From Clostridiaceae bacterium (GTDB lineage Bacteria; Bacillota; Clostridia; Acetivibrionales; DTU013): DNA of 64,000 nucleotides. Shown here in pieces: positions 9,355 through 17,938 of this stretch (position 1 is the stretch's first letter; every line of letters begins with the position of its first letter). The notes under the pieces were generated by a model, which had not been told where the DNA came from, did no database searches, and saw only the letters and a program-made list of their open reading frames with translations. A program made the translations under genes and the position numbers. Where the stretch lies: the NCBI GenBank assembly GCA_039679375.1, contig JBDKVA010000076.1:2139-66138 (forward strand). Reading direction: 5' to 3'.

Positions 9355-10998
9355 CTAATCATTCGGCTCCTGCCATTCTTTGGGTTCCTGCCATTCCTGC
9401 CACTCCTTCAGCTTATCCGGATCGAGGGACGGTGTGGTCTTTTTGGAAGTGCTGTTGACAGGAAGGGGCTGGGAGACGCCGCCCTGAGCAACATCTGGAG
9501 ATTCCGGCTCCACAGCACCGGAAGCGCCGGGTTTCCCGGCATTATCGTTTTGCAGTCCTGCAGCTTTGGAAGAATCGTCCTCAGCAGTATATCTGTTCTG
9601 TGATTTTACAGCCTTTGCGGATGCCTCGGCAGTATGCGCGGTCTGCGGTTCAGCAGCCTGAGAGGGAGTTTCATTTTGCCGGCTGTTCGGCTTTTTTAAC
9701 TGCCCTAACCGGCCTTCAAGCATATTCAGGCGGATGGCGTACTTTCCCAGCTCTTTGGTCAGCTCACTATAGCTGTTTGACAGCCTGGTCAATTCATCCC
9801 TGGCCGAGGACAGGCCTTCTCTGACCTCGCCGATACCGGTCTGCACCTGTTTATATGAATCCATGATAAGTCGCCTGATATCGCTGCCGGGTGAACCGTC
9901 TCCTTCACGATACCCTATCGGAAGCAGAGCGCCGTCTCCAATATCCGTATCCTGGACGAAGGCTAATCTGAGGCCGTTTGTCAGGCTGCCGGGATAGATG
10001 TCGGGCGAAAGCTGAGCAATGTCCTCTTCTCCGTTGCTCCCGTCCTGACCTCTGGGGATGTTCGCTTTATAACACAGGCACTGAAGCTGGCGTCCTGCGG
10101 AAAAACCTAGCCTTGAAGCCTTTCCCCAGCTGTTCCCGCCCTGCATGCCCATATTGTAGTAGATCGTATCTTCACGGACCCAATAAACCGCAATCGAATT
10201 GTTATTTGTCTGTAATATGGAAGCATTCTCGAAGGAGTGGATCGAGCTATGCACGACCACTTCGGGTGTCCAGAGGTTTTTATCAGGTGATTTTTGCTGG
10301 TATACCATTTCAAAGAGCTTCGGAGCCCGCCTTTGATAACATAAGTGTATAATGCCGCCGCCATCGGTGATGGCATGAGGATATTCACAATTGCCTGCAT
10401 ATTTGGTCACTGGTGTGAAATCACTCCAGTGTTTCTGCGCTGCCGACAGCTTTTTGTAGCCCAGCTGCAGATATTTTCCGTCATAGGACTGATAAAAGGC
10501 ATAAATATTCTGCATCTTATCATACAGGATCGAACACGGCTGGCTGCTGCCGGATACATAGTCGATCACCTTCGGGTTGCTGATCCTGCCGTTGCTAAGT
10601 ACCTGGCAGGCCAGCATGAAGGAGTTTTCATGCTGAAGCACATAAAAGATGTATATGTTGCTTCTGAGCGGCGCCAGATAGAGCTGTTTGTTATATACAG
10701 AGGGCGCCTTGCTGCTCAATACCGGAACTGTTTTTATTGATTGGCCGTCAAGCCTGGAATAATGTATGTTTCCATCATTGTCCTGAAAAAGGAGATGAAA
10801 GGTATTTTCCGCGTCCATCTCTGCATAAAACCAGGGCGATATGTTTTTGTGCAGTACGACGGCATTACTCCATATGCCGCGCTTTGTGAGCGTGTTATAG
10901 CAAAGGTTCTGCCTAGAATCACAGAAAAAATCCCAGATATCTCCACCGGACTGTTTGAATATGTATTGTCTGTTTTGGTAATTAAACATGGTTTCCAC
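9355..10998 (-). CDS. Hypothetical protein: beta-rich N-terminal ~330 aa, coiled-coil segment, low-complexity Pro/Glu/Gln tail
   Basis: 547-aa ORF. The C-terminal part has a heptad-like stretch 'LSSARDELTRLSNSYSELTKELGKYAIRLNMLEGRLGQL' and a tail ending 'KEWQEWQEPKEWQEPND'. No family recognised. Confidence 0.6.
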   Translation of the reverse strand: METMFNYQNRQYIFKQSGGDIWDFFCDSRQNLCYNTLTKRGIWSNAVVLHKNISPWFYAEMDAENTFHLLFQDNDGNIHYSRLDGQSIKTVPVLSSKAPSVYNKQLYLAPLRSNIYIFYVLQHENSFMLACQVLSNGRISNPKVIDYVSGSSQPCSILYDKMQNIYAFYQSYDGKYLQLGYKKLSAAQKHWSDFTPVTKYAGNCEYPHAITDGGGIIHLCYQRRAPKLFEMVYQQKSPDKNLWTPEVVVHSSIHSFENASILQTNNNSIAVYWVREDTIYYNMGMQGGNSWGKASRLGFSAGRQLQCLCYKANIPRGQDGSNGEEDIAQLSPDIYPGSLTNGLRLAFVQDTDIGDGALLPIGYREGDGSPGSDIRRLIMDSYKQVQTGIGEVREGLSSARDELTRLSNSYSELTKELGKYAIRLNMLEGRLGQLKKPNSRQNETPSQAAEPQTAHTAEASAKAVKSQNRYTAEDDSSKAAGLQNDNAGKPGASGAVEPESPDVAQGGVSQPLPVNSTSKKTTPSLDPDKLKEWQEWQEPKEWQEPND

Positions 10999-11194
10999 TC
11001 ACATTTCATATGATCCTCTCTTATATATATATGAGTGCTTACTGTATTTATGGCTGAATTTGAAGTTTGCAGGCTGTTTGATGTAAAAAAACCCAAGCGT
11101 CGGGAGTTATTTATTTTATTATTCTTAAATATCACAAATATTTAAATGCAACATATTATGAAAATGAGAGGGAAATCAAATCATATAGCTTAAA

Positions 11195-12124
11195 ATGAAG
11201 GGGGATTTAGATATGAGCTATAATCACGACAAAGTGCTTCCGGGCCTTATTTGTGAAAAAGATCTGTGCAAGATAAAGGAAGCAGTTTGTATACAGGTAG
11301 AAAAGATTTATGATTCCTGCAAGGAAAAAGATTGTATTGAAGATGCCAGAGTGCTTTTTAGGGACCCCGACAAAATACATTGGTTAACTTGCCATGCAAT
11401 CAACGTAAAAGCCAGACAGGCGGAAGTGATCAAAGTATTCTCCGATGTTGAAGCAGTACCGTTCAAGAGGGGTTTCTACACAGTTGACGTCAAATTCTTC
11501 ATCAAGGTTACGCTCGACTTCTTTGTGCCCAGACAAAATGGTGGTATTAGGATAATTACCGTTCCCGGTATCGTTGTGTTTGACAAAAAAGTCATCCTTT
11601 TCGGTTCCGAAGGCAACGTTAAAATATTCAAATCTCATTTTGTAGAGCATGGCATCGACAGACCTGTAGACTCACCTCTGCAGCAGGATAACCTGCCGAT
11701 TTCCAAGGTAGAGGTTGCCGAGCCGATCACACTGAATGCGAAGATTATCGAAGTGCTTGAGAATGCACACGACGATTGCTGTGACAGACATATTCCGCAA
11801 AATATCAGCGACCTGCTGGAAGACATCGATTTTGATGATGTTGACCTTGGAAGAGGCGGCGATGAAAGAGAGCTTGTAATCGGCAGACGCGTCGTGGCGA
11901 CCATTGGACTCTTCTCCATCATCAAGCTGGCAAGATTTGTGCAGCTTCTGATACCCGCATTCGACTTCTGCATACCGAACAAACAGTGCATCGCAGCGAC
12001 CGAAGAGGATGCCTGCGGATTATTTGACACCATTGACTTCCCGATAGATGAATTCTTCCCGCCTCAAAAAGCTGATTTCCCCGGGGCGCTCGAGGATGAA
12101 CGGTCTATGACAAAGGATGAATAA
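11195..12124 (+). CDS. Hypothetical Cys-rich protein (start may be ATG 11213, 'MSYNHDK')
   Basis: 309-aa ORF with GGGGA RBS-like sequence. The N-terminus is 'CEKDLCKIKEAVCIQVEKIYDSCKEKDCIED'. It is divergent from the 9355-10998 gene. No family recognised. Confidence 0.6.
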   Translation: MKGDLDMSYNHDKVLPGLICEKDLCKIKEAVCIQVEKIYDSCKEKDCIEDARVLFRDPDKIHWLTCHAINVKARQAEVIKVFSDVEAVPFKRGFYTVDVKFFIKVTLDFFVPRQNGGIRIITVPGIVVFDKKVILFGSEGNVKIFKSHFVEHGIDRPVDSPLQQDNLPISKVEVAEPITLNAKIIEVLENAHDDCCDRHIPQNISDLLEDIDFDDVDLGRGGDERELVIGRRVVATIGLFSIIKLARFVQLLIPAFDFCIPNKQCIAATEEDACGLFDTIDFPIDEFFPPQKADFPGALEDERSMTKDE

Positions 12125-12151
12125 AGAGATGATTACTCCATGAAAATACAT

Positions 12152-12176
12152 AAAGGGATGGCATAGCCATCCCTTT
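12152..12176. terminator. Bidirectional hairpin between convergent genes
   Basis: AAAGGGATGGCataGCCATCCCTTT has a perfect 11-bp stem, with A/T runs supplied by the stem ends on both strands. Confidence 0.6.
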
Positions 12177-12285
12177 ATTACTTTTCCGCTGCCGCCTCCC
12201 ATGCAGCTTCCCTGGACTGCATGTCTGCTGAGCAGCCTTACCGGTATGGTCAGAGTCTTACTGCCGCAAGGAATGCGGTTGTGCC

Positions 12286-12657
12286 TTACATGGTCTTGCC
12301 CGGTATCAAAAGATTTATGATGCCATAAACAAGAGCACCAAGCACTGCACCAAGCAATGTAACATTATAACCCGGTACAATAAATTTGACGACGTAGATG
12401 ATCACTGCAGCAACAATAAAACCTGTCAGTCCTCTTCCAAATGGTGTTGCGTCCACGCCAAGCACTCTTTGCACAAGGTAATCAAGCAGAGCGATTACAG
12501 CGGCGGCTATGATCAGCGGCCAAATGCCTGATATGGTGAAGCCCGGAGTCAGGAAGGCTGTTACAGCCAATACTACTGCGCCAACCAGCGCCCTTATTAT
12601 GAAATGTCCTAAACTGAAATGCTGTGTTCTTTCAACATTTTCAGCCAATCTTATCAC
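12286..12657 (-). CDS. Small integral membrane protein (about 4 TM; YvlD/DUF360 holin-like family is a guess)
   Basis: 123 aa, almost entirely hydrophobic helices ('GAVVLAVTAFLTPGF', 'IWPLIIAAAVIALLDYLV', 'LTGFIVAAVIIYVVKFIV', 'LLGAVLGALVYGIINLLI'). Confidence 0.6.
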   Translation of the reverse strand: MIRLAENVERTQHFSLGHFIIRALVGAVVLAVTAFLTPGFTISGIWPLIIAAAVIALLDYLVQRVLGVDATPFGRGLTGFIVAAVIIYVVKFIVPGYNVTLLGAVLGALVYGIINLLIPGKTM

Positions 12658-12770
12658 TTCCTTTCAAAGCATTTAATGAAAATACAATTTGCCGTCAATA
12701 CTATTATTTAATTGCTGCTTTATGTTTATGCAAACTCATTTGCCTTATTTGTTTACTTTTTAAGTAATTT

Positions 12771-12798
12771 TTGATAAGATTGTATTTAAGCATATAAT
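12771..12798 (+). promoter_or_regulatory. Putative sigma-A promoter of the cysE-cysS leader
   Basis: TTGATA, 16-nt spacer, TATAAT. The predicted transcription start falls just before the first conserved T-box leader element. Confidence 0.5.
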
Positions 12799-12807
12799 AA
12801 TGTAAAA

Positions 12808-13145
12808 AACGATGATCTGGAAAGTAATCCTTACGATTGCCTCAGAGAGGAGCCGCCGCCGGCTGAAAGCGGCTTTGGCTGATTTTATGGATGAAGTGCG
12901 CCAAGTGAGTTTGAAGCCTGAATATGGCATGTTGCGCATGTAAGGGCTTCACGGGAAAAGCACCGTTACGCTTTTGAGAGTGGCGGATTTATCATAAGAC
13001 GCAGGATAGCCTGATAAATACGCCGGGCGATTTCATTGAAACGAAATGCGGCATACCGGAAAATTCGTTGAAATGTGATACGCCTTAGAGTGGAACCGCG
13101 AAAAAGCATCGCCTCTAAAACAGAGACGGCGCTTTATTTTTTGCC
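12808..13145 (+). promoter_or_regulatory. T-box leader (tRNA-Cys-responsive) with intrinsic terminator
   Basis: Stem I elements are 'GATGAtctGGAAAGTA', 'CAGAGAGG' (AG box) and 'GCTGAAAG' (distal loop). The specifier region 'GAAG-TGC-G' carries a Cys codon. The T-box sequence 'TTAGAGTGGAACCGCG' is at ~13084-13099. A terminator hairpin (cgcctct...agagacggcg) and T-run lie at ~13107-13142. cysE follows immediately. Confidence 0.85.
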
Positions 13146-13210
13146 TTTGTTTTGCACCGGTTTCCGGGGGAATACTATAATGAATTATTGCAAGGGGTGG
13201 GAATATATTT

Positions 13211-13933
13211 ATGGGATTATTGGAGGATGCCAGATCGATAGCAAAAAGAGATCCGGCTGCAAAGAATATATTGGAAGTAATACTGTTGTATCCCGGTTTT
13301 CATGCTCTTTTTTTCCACCGGATCGCGCACTGGTTTTTTAAAAAGGGATTGTTTTTCCTGGCGCGCTTTACTTCCCAGTTCTCGCGGTTTTTGACCGGCA
13401 TCGAGATCCATCCGGGAGCTGTCATTGGACAGGGGTTATTCATTGATCACGGCATGAGCATTGTGATTGGTGAAACGGCGGAAATCGGCGACAACTGTAC
13501 CATATACCATGAAGTGACGCTTGGCGGCACGGGAAAGGATAAGGGAAAGAGGCATCCTACCATCGGAAGCAATGTTCTGATCGGTGCAGGAGCTAAACTG
13601 CTCGGCCCTATCGTCGTAGGCGACAATTGTATGATAGGGGCCGGATCCGTTGTTCTGGAGGACGTCAAATCGGACACAACGGTAACGGGTACAAAGGCCA
13701 GGCCTGTCAAACGCGCTGGAAGGAAACTTGCGCCTTCCGTTGAACTGGATCAGATACACATAGCGGACCCTGTTTCCCAGGAATTGTGCAGGCTTCAGGT
13801 GCGCATCGAGCATCTTGAGGCGGCACTCGGAGGGTCAACGGTAAAAGCAGAGGACTTCAACCGATGTAACGGGAAGACGGCTGAAACCGGCAGGGATATA
13901 CAGGATGAGCAGGCTGAGCAACAAAATGCGTAA
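13211..13933 (+). CDS. cysE: Serine O-acetyltransferase
   Basis: 240 aa. 'RDPAAKNILEVILLYPGFHALFFHRIAHWF' plus hexapeptide repeats 'GIEIHPGAVIGQGLFIDHGMSIVIGETAEIGDNCTIYHEVTLGG' are typical CysE. Confidence 0.95.
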   Translation: MGLLEDARSIAKRDPAAKNILEVILLYPGFHALFFHRIAHWFFKKGLFFLARFTSQFSRFLTGIEIHPGAVIGQGLFIDHGMSIVIGETAEIGDNCTIYHEVTLGGTGKDKGKRHPTIGSNVLIGAGAKLLGPIVVGDNCMIGAGSVVLEDVKSDTTVTGTKARPVKRAGRKLAPSVELDQIHIADPVSQELCRLQVRIEHLEAALGGSTVKAEDFNRCNGKTAETGRDIQDEQAEQQNA

Positions 13934-13956
13934 AATTAGTATAGGAGGATGTTGGT

Positions 13957-15357
13957 ATGAAGCTTTATAACACACTTACAAGACAGAAGGAAGAATTCAA
14001 GCCCATGGAGGAAGGGAAAGCGAGTATTTATTCATGCGGACCTACGGTTTATCAGTACGCGCATATAGGAAATCTGAGGACCTATGTATTTATGGATATC
14101 CTGAGGCGTGTGCTCAAATATAACGGATATGAGCTCAAGCATGTGATGAATATCACGGACGTAGGCCATCTTGTTGCCGATGCGGACGAAGGCGAGGACA
14201 AGATGATGAAGACGGCCAGGGAGACCCAAAAATCGCCATGGGAGATCGCAGAATATTATACCGGCTTTTTTATGAAGGATATCGCCGCGCTCAATATTGG
14301 CAGGCCTGAGATCATTTGCAAGGCAACCGGCCATATAAAGGAAATGATCGAGTTTGTGGAAGGGCTTGTAGAAAAAGGCTATGGCTATGAAACAAGTGAC
14401 GGGATCTATTTTGACATCATGAAATTCAAAGGGTACGGAAAGCTGTCGGGGCTGGATCTGGAAGGCCAGATAGCCGGTGCGAGGGTGGATGTGAACGATG
14501 AAAAGAGGCATCCCGCAGACTTCGCACTCTGGAAAAAAGCGCCTAAAGAGCATATTATGCAATGGCCTAGCCCATGGGGCATGGGGTATCCCGGATGGCA
14601 CATCGAATGCTCGGCCATGAGCAGGAAGTACCTTGGCGATGAGTTTGACATACACACCGGTGGCGTGGATCACATCCCGGTACACCATGAAAATGAAATC
14701 GCCCAGAGCGAGGCGCTCCTTGGAAAACCGGCAGTACATTACTGGCTCCATGGAGAGTTTCTGCTTGTCGATAATGGCAAAATGTCAAAGAGCCTTGGCA
14801 ATACCTATACCGTTGCCGACCTTGAAAAAAAAGGCTATAGCCCGCTGGCTTACCGTTACATGTGTTTGAACGCAAATTACAGGAGCAAGCTGAATTTCAC
14901 ATGGGACGGGATAAAAGCGGCACAGGTTTCATTGGACAGATTGCTCGAAGGCGTACTTTCCCATAAGAATTCCGGAGAGCAAGCTGAGGTGGATGCAGGC
15001 CTTATCGCTGCATTTGAGAAGGACTTCGACGAGGCGGTCAATGATGACCTGAACATACCAAGGGCGCTTGGCGTAGCATGGAATATCGCAAGATATGGGA
15101 CCAAATCTGTGAAGCTCTATAATTTGCTTCTTAAAATGGATGAAGTTTTGGGGCTCGATTTTGCCAATGCCGTTGAGAAGCCCGCTGCCGAAGCATCGTC
15201 TCTTGACCCTGAAATCGAAGAGCTTGTAAATCAAAGGCAGCAGGCAAGGAAGGACAAGAACTGGAAGCTGGCCGACGAGATACGGAACAGACTGAACGGA
15301 ATGGGCATCCAGCTTGAGGATACGCCCCAGGGAGTGAAATGGTCGGTGCAAAAATAA
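13957..15357 (+). CDS. cysS: Cysteine--tRNA ligase
   Basis: 466 aa. Class I signatures are 'HIGN' (HIGH) and 'KMSKS'; 'CGPTVY' is at the N-terminus. GGAGG RBS. Confidence 0.97.
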   Translation: MKLYNTLTRQKEEFKPMEEGKASIYSCGPTVYQYAHIGNLRTYVFMDILRRVLKYNGYELKHVMNITDVGHLVADADEGEDKMMKTARETQKSPWEIAEYYTGFFMKDIAALNIGRPEIICKATGHIKEMIEFVEGLVEKGYGYETSDGIYFDIMKFKGYGKLSGLDLEGQIAGARVDVNDEKRHPADFALWKKAPKEHIMQWPSPWGMGYPGWHIECSAMSRKYLGDEFDIHTGGVDHIPVHHENEIAQSEALLGKPAVHYWLHGEFLLVDNGKMSKSLGNTYTVADLEKKGYSPLAYRYMCLNANYRSKLNFTWDGIKAAQVSLDRLLEGVLSHKNSGEQAEVDAGLIAAFEKDFDEAVNDDLNIPRALGVAWNIARYGTKSVKLYNLLLKMDEVLGLDFANAVEKPAAEASSLDPEIEELVNQRQQARKDKNWKLADEIRNRLNGMGIQLEDTPQGVKWSVQK

Positions 15358-15447
15358 AGCGTATGGCCGGTTTTAATATTATGTAATGTATAATGCAACT
15401 TTTGAAGCACATTTTAATATACTGATTATGTATAATAACAAATTAGT

Positions 15448-15690
15448 TTGTTAGGATGTGTATTTATGAAAACAAATATCATTAAATGGGATGAAAGTAT
15501 GGCAGTCAGATGCCTGGCGAGATGTCAGGACAAATTTGCCAAAAAGTATCTTCCCTATGGAACGAATATCAAAAAGCCGGTGCAGAAAAAAGCTTCTGCA
15601 GAAAAGGACTATTCGGTCGATATCGCCAAAGGGGAGTGGGATGATTTCCAATATGCCGTAAGCAATACGTTAAAGAAAAAAAACCAGTGA
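15448..15690 (+). CDS. Small hypothetical protein (80 aa; start may be ATG 15466)
   Basis: The only ORF in a 550-nt gap. Lys-rich, with no recognisable family and a weak RBS. Coding status uncertain. Confidence 0.3.
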   Translation: MLGCVFMKTNIIKWDESMAVRCLARCQDKFAKKYLPYGTNIKKPVQKKASAEKDYSVDIAKGEWDDFQYAVSNTLKKKNQ

Positions 15691-15907
15691 AATGCGGATC
15701 GGCTACATGTAATGCACGGCATCTAATGTGGGCTACCGCCCACAACCCAATGAATGTACTTATTGCCGCGAATGTGTAACTATTTTCTTGTTTTTTATTG
15801 CAATTTCGCGGCAATAAGTTACTAAAATGACATAATGCCCAGCGGACGGCTCTTCCGGTACAAATACGCAGGAAGGGCCGTCCCCCTGTGTTCCCCGGAA
15901 GGTTGAT

Positions 15908-17056
15908 GTGAACGTCTTGAAAATTGCTTTGATATGTACTGAGAAGCTACCTGTGCCCGCTATTTTGGGCGGCGCTATACAAACCTATATCGACGGGATC
16001 CTTCCCTATCTTGCCCAATACCATCATATAACAGTATTCAGCACAGCATTTCAAGGCCTGCCTTCCTATGAAAGGAAGGGTAATGTCCGGTACGTAAGGA
16101 TTTCCCACACATGCACCAGGGATTACATCCATTCGGTAAATTCACGGCTCGATAAAAGCTTTGACCTCGTATACATTTTCAACAGGCCTCTTTGGGTACT
16201 GTCAATATGCGAAAGCCATCCAAAACTGAATTACAGCCTGAGTCTCCATAATGAAATGTTCCATCCTGACAGGATCACCAAAAGTGAAGCACTTGAATGC
16301 ATAGACAGGTTAGAATTCATTACGGCAGTAAGCCGGTACATAGCAAATATGGTATCGGATTTCGTTCCGCAGGCAAAGGAAAAAATCAGCGTCGTTTACT
16401 CAGGTGCAGAAGAGCAGCCATTCTGCCGGCCTGACAGCGAAGGATACCGGCTTGAAAAAAAGAGGCTTAAGGAAAGCATTGGCCTTGGTGATAAAAAAAT
16501 CGTACTGTTTGTGGGAAGATTGATCCCGGACAAGGGAATCCATGTACTTATCGAAGCAATGAAACAGGTAATGGAGGAAAGAAATGACGCCGCCCTTGTG
16601 GTCGTCGGCAGCAGTTCATGGAGCATAGCATCTGACGCATATGTAAAATCGATCGTGCGCCTTTCAGGGAAATTAAGCGAGAATGCTCTATTCACCGGTT
16701 TTTTGCCCCCGTCTGAAATCACAGCTTATTATCATATGGCTGATCTTTTTGTTTGCCCATCCCAATGGGCAGAACCTTTGGCAAGAGTCCTGTACGAGGC
16801 GATGGCCGCAGGTCTTCCGGTCATAACGACAAACAGGGGCGGGAATCCGGAAGTAGTCAGGAATGATATAAACGGTATTGTTGTTGATGATTATAAAAGC
16901 GCGCAGTGCCTGGCCAAGGCGATCTGCTTTTTGCTCGATAACGCGTCAATAGCGCTTGAAATGGGCAAAACAGGCCATTCACAGGTGGCTGACATATATA
17001 ATTGGAGAAGGGTGGCTAAAGACATACAGAACCTTATTATCAGCTCTCATCTATAA
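15908..17056 (+). CDS. GT4-family glycosyltransferase, CotSA-like (spore-coat-associated)
   Basis: 382 aa with a GTG start after GGAAGG. The N-terminus 'LKIALICTEKLPVPAILGGAIQTYIDGILPYL' and C-terminal 'EPLARVLYEAMAAGLPVITTNRGGNPEVV' (E-x7-E region) are typical GT4. It is a paralogue of 21596-22759. Confidence 0.8.
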   Translation: MNVLKIALICTEKLPVPAILGGAIQTYIDGILPYLAQYHHITVFSTAFQGLPSYERKGNVRYVRISHTCTRDYIHSVNSRLDKSFDLVYIFNRPLWVLSICESHPKLNYSLSLHNEMFHPDRITKSEALECIDRLEFITAVSRYIANMVSDFVPQAKEKISVVYSGAEEQPFCRPDSEGYRLEKKRLKESIGLGDKKIVLFVGRLIPDKGIHVLIEAMKQVMEERNDAALVVVGSSSWSIASDAYVKSIVRLSGKLSENALFTGFLPPSEITAYYHMADLFVCPSQWAEPLARVLYEAMAAGLPVITTNRGGNPEVVRNDINGIVVDDYKSAQCLAKAICFLLDNASIALEMGKTGHSQVADIYNWRRVAKDIQNLIISSHL

Positions 17057-17064
17057 TTGATTTT

Positions 17065-17097
17065 ACTGCAACAAGTCCCAAAGCGACTTGTTGCAGT
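17065..17097. terminator. Bidirectional hairpin between convergent genes
   Basis: ACTGCAACAAGTCccaaagcGACTTGTTGCAGT has a perfect 13-bp stem, 9 nt after the GT stop and 5 nt after the stop of the minus-strand gene. Confidence 0.65.
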
Positions 17098-17101
17098 GCA
17101 A

Positions 17102-17413
17102 TCATAATTGCCTGGCAGTGCATTTCATGAATTTGAGAAGACTGCGAAGTATTTTTAGTCTGTCGCGCATGTAGAGGTAACCTTCGAATGATTCATCGGA
17201 GGATTTGAAAATTTTTGCCGGTACGGCCAGACTAAATATTCTGGATTCAATAAGTTTCTGAAATTTGCCTGCCAACTTTTCGTTCTGTTCTATTTCTTCC
17301 AAAAGATACTTAACTGCCTCCTGTCTTGTTAACGGGCTGACTGCCGGTTGTTTTGCTTCTTCCGGGCCTTCGGCCACCTGCCCTGCACAGGTATCCACAT
17401 CGTTAACTTCCAT
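17102..17413 (-). CDS. Small hypothetical protein (104 aa from the ATG with the best RBS; the ORF track extends to 17473)
   Basis: GGGGAGG lies 7 nt upstream of ATG (complement 17411-17413, 'MEVNDVDTC...'). The longer ORF would overlap the upstream gene by 20 nt. Confidence 0.55.
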   Translation of the reverse strand: MEVNDVDTCAGQVAEGPEEAKQPAVSPLTRQEAVKYLLEEIEQNEKLAGKFQKLIESRIFSLAVPAKIFKSSDESFEGYLYMRDRLKILRSLLKFMKCTARQL

Positions 17414-17453
17414 AAAACTGCCTCCCCGCATGTGTTTCTGTGAACCATCCGCG

Positions 17454-17726
17454 CTAGTAATCACTGTCGTCAATCATGCCGCTCACCTCTTCAAGCTTAA
17501 ATTCCAACAATATTTGAAGCTTGATTATGTTTTTAAGGCAGTGGCATACGGAATTATTAATTCCGATTAAATCCGATTTGTCAGGGCATATACAGTCTAT
17601 TACTTTTTGGATCTTTTTGGCTTCGACCTTTAATATAGCGGCAATGCCCTTCTCCTCCATTGCAATGGATTCAATCACATCGGTTATAGCCTGCCTCCTG
17701 CTGATCTGTTCATTCTCCTCACACAT
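17454..17726 (-). CDS. Small protein consisting of one copy of a ~65-aa helical domain (divergent paralogue of 17939-18202)
   Basis: GGAGG lies 9 nt upstream of ATG (complement 17724-17726, 'MCEENEQ...'). 'VIESIAMEEKGIAAILKVEAKKIQKVI...LIGINNSVCHCLKNIIKLQILLEFKLEEV' aligns with the domain in the two upstream genes. Confidence 0.65.
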   Translation of the reverse strand: MCEENEQISRRQAITDVIESIAMEEKGIAAILKVEAKKIQKVIDCICPDKSDLIGINNSVCHCLKNIIKLQILLEFKLEEVSGMIDDSDY

Positions 17727-17758
17727 GATCCTATACCTCCGAAGATGCTTCATAATAA

Positions 17759-17789
17759 TAGAGTATGAAGATATTACATAATAGGTTAC
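17759..17789 (-). promoter_or_regulatory. Putative sigma-K-type (late mother-cell) promoter
   Basis: Minus strand reads GTAAC, 17-nt spacer, CATACTCTA. This matches the B. subtilis sigma-K consensus AC-17-CATAnnnTA and lies ~30 nt upstream of the 17726 start. Confidence 0.3.
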
Positions 17790-17810
17790 TTTGAGCTTTA
17801 CAAACAGTAT

Positions 17811-17840
17811 ATAAGGCAGGATTGTGCAATCCTGCCTTAT
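17811..17840. terminator. Perfect 11-bp hairpin between two minus-strand genes
   Basis: ATAAGGCAGGAttgtgcaaTCCTGCCTTAT. There is no strong U-tract in the minus orientation, so a terminator function is uncertain. Confidence 0.35.
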
Positions 17841-17842
17841 AC

Positions 17843-17903
17843 TTAGGGAACATGCTAAAAGGCATGTGTCCCAAAATCAAGTGGAGCTCGATGCTCCCGA
17901 GAT
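17843..17903 (+). repeat. Copy A of a ~61-nt two-hairpin intergenic element (second copy at 61333-61393)
   Basis: TTAGGGAACATGctaAAAGGCATGtGTCCCaAAATCaAGtGGaGCtCGAtGCtCCCGaGA. By hand count about 48 of 61 positions are identical to copy B. See findings. Confidence 0.6.
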
Positions 17904-17938
17904 TTTTTTTCGAACCAATTCAGGCAGATATGCGGATA

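Noticed and set aside
9355-9420. Short DNA repeat 'ctgccattc' x3 at the 3' end of the 547-aa gene.
   Set aside because: It simply encodes the 'EWQEP' low-complexity tail and is too short and imperfect to be a meaningful tandem repeat locus.
13075-13341. 88-aa plus-strand ORF starting with GTG.
   Set aside because: It spans the T-box antiterminator/terminator and the start of cysE in another frame, so the region is explained by the RNA leader.
14032-14751. 239-aa minus-strand ORF.
   Set aside because: It is antisense to cysS, whose identity is unambiguous (HIGH/KMSKS). It has no RBS and no family resemblance.
17843-17903. Possibility that the two-hairpin repeat is a guanidine-II (mini-ykkC) type riboswitch.
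   Set aside because: Mini-ykkC hairpins have conserved ACGR tetraloops. Here the loops are UAAAAG/UCCAAAG and UCGAU/CCGAC. Copy A also has no downstream gene in its orientation.
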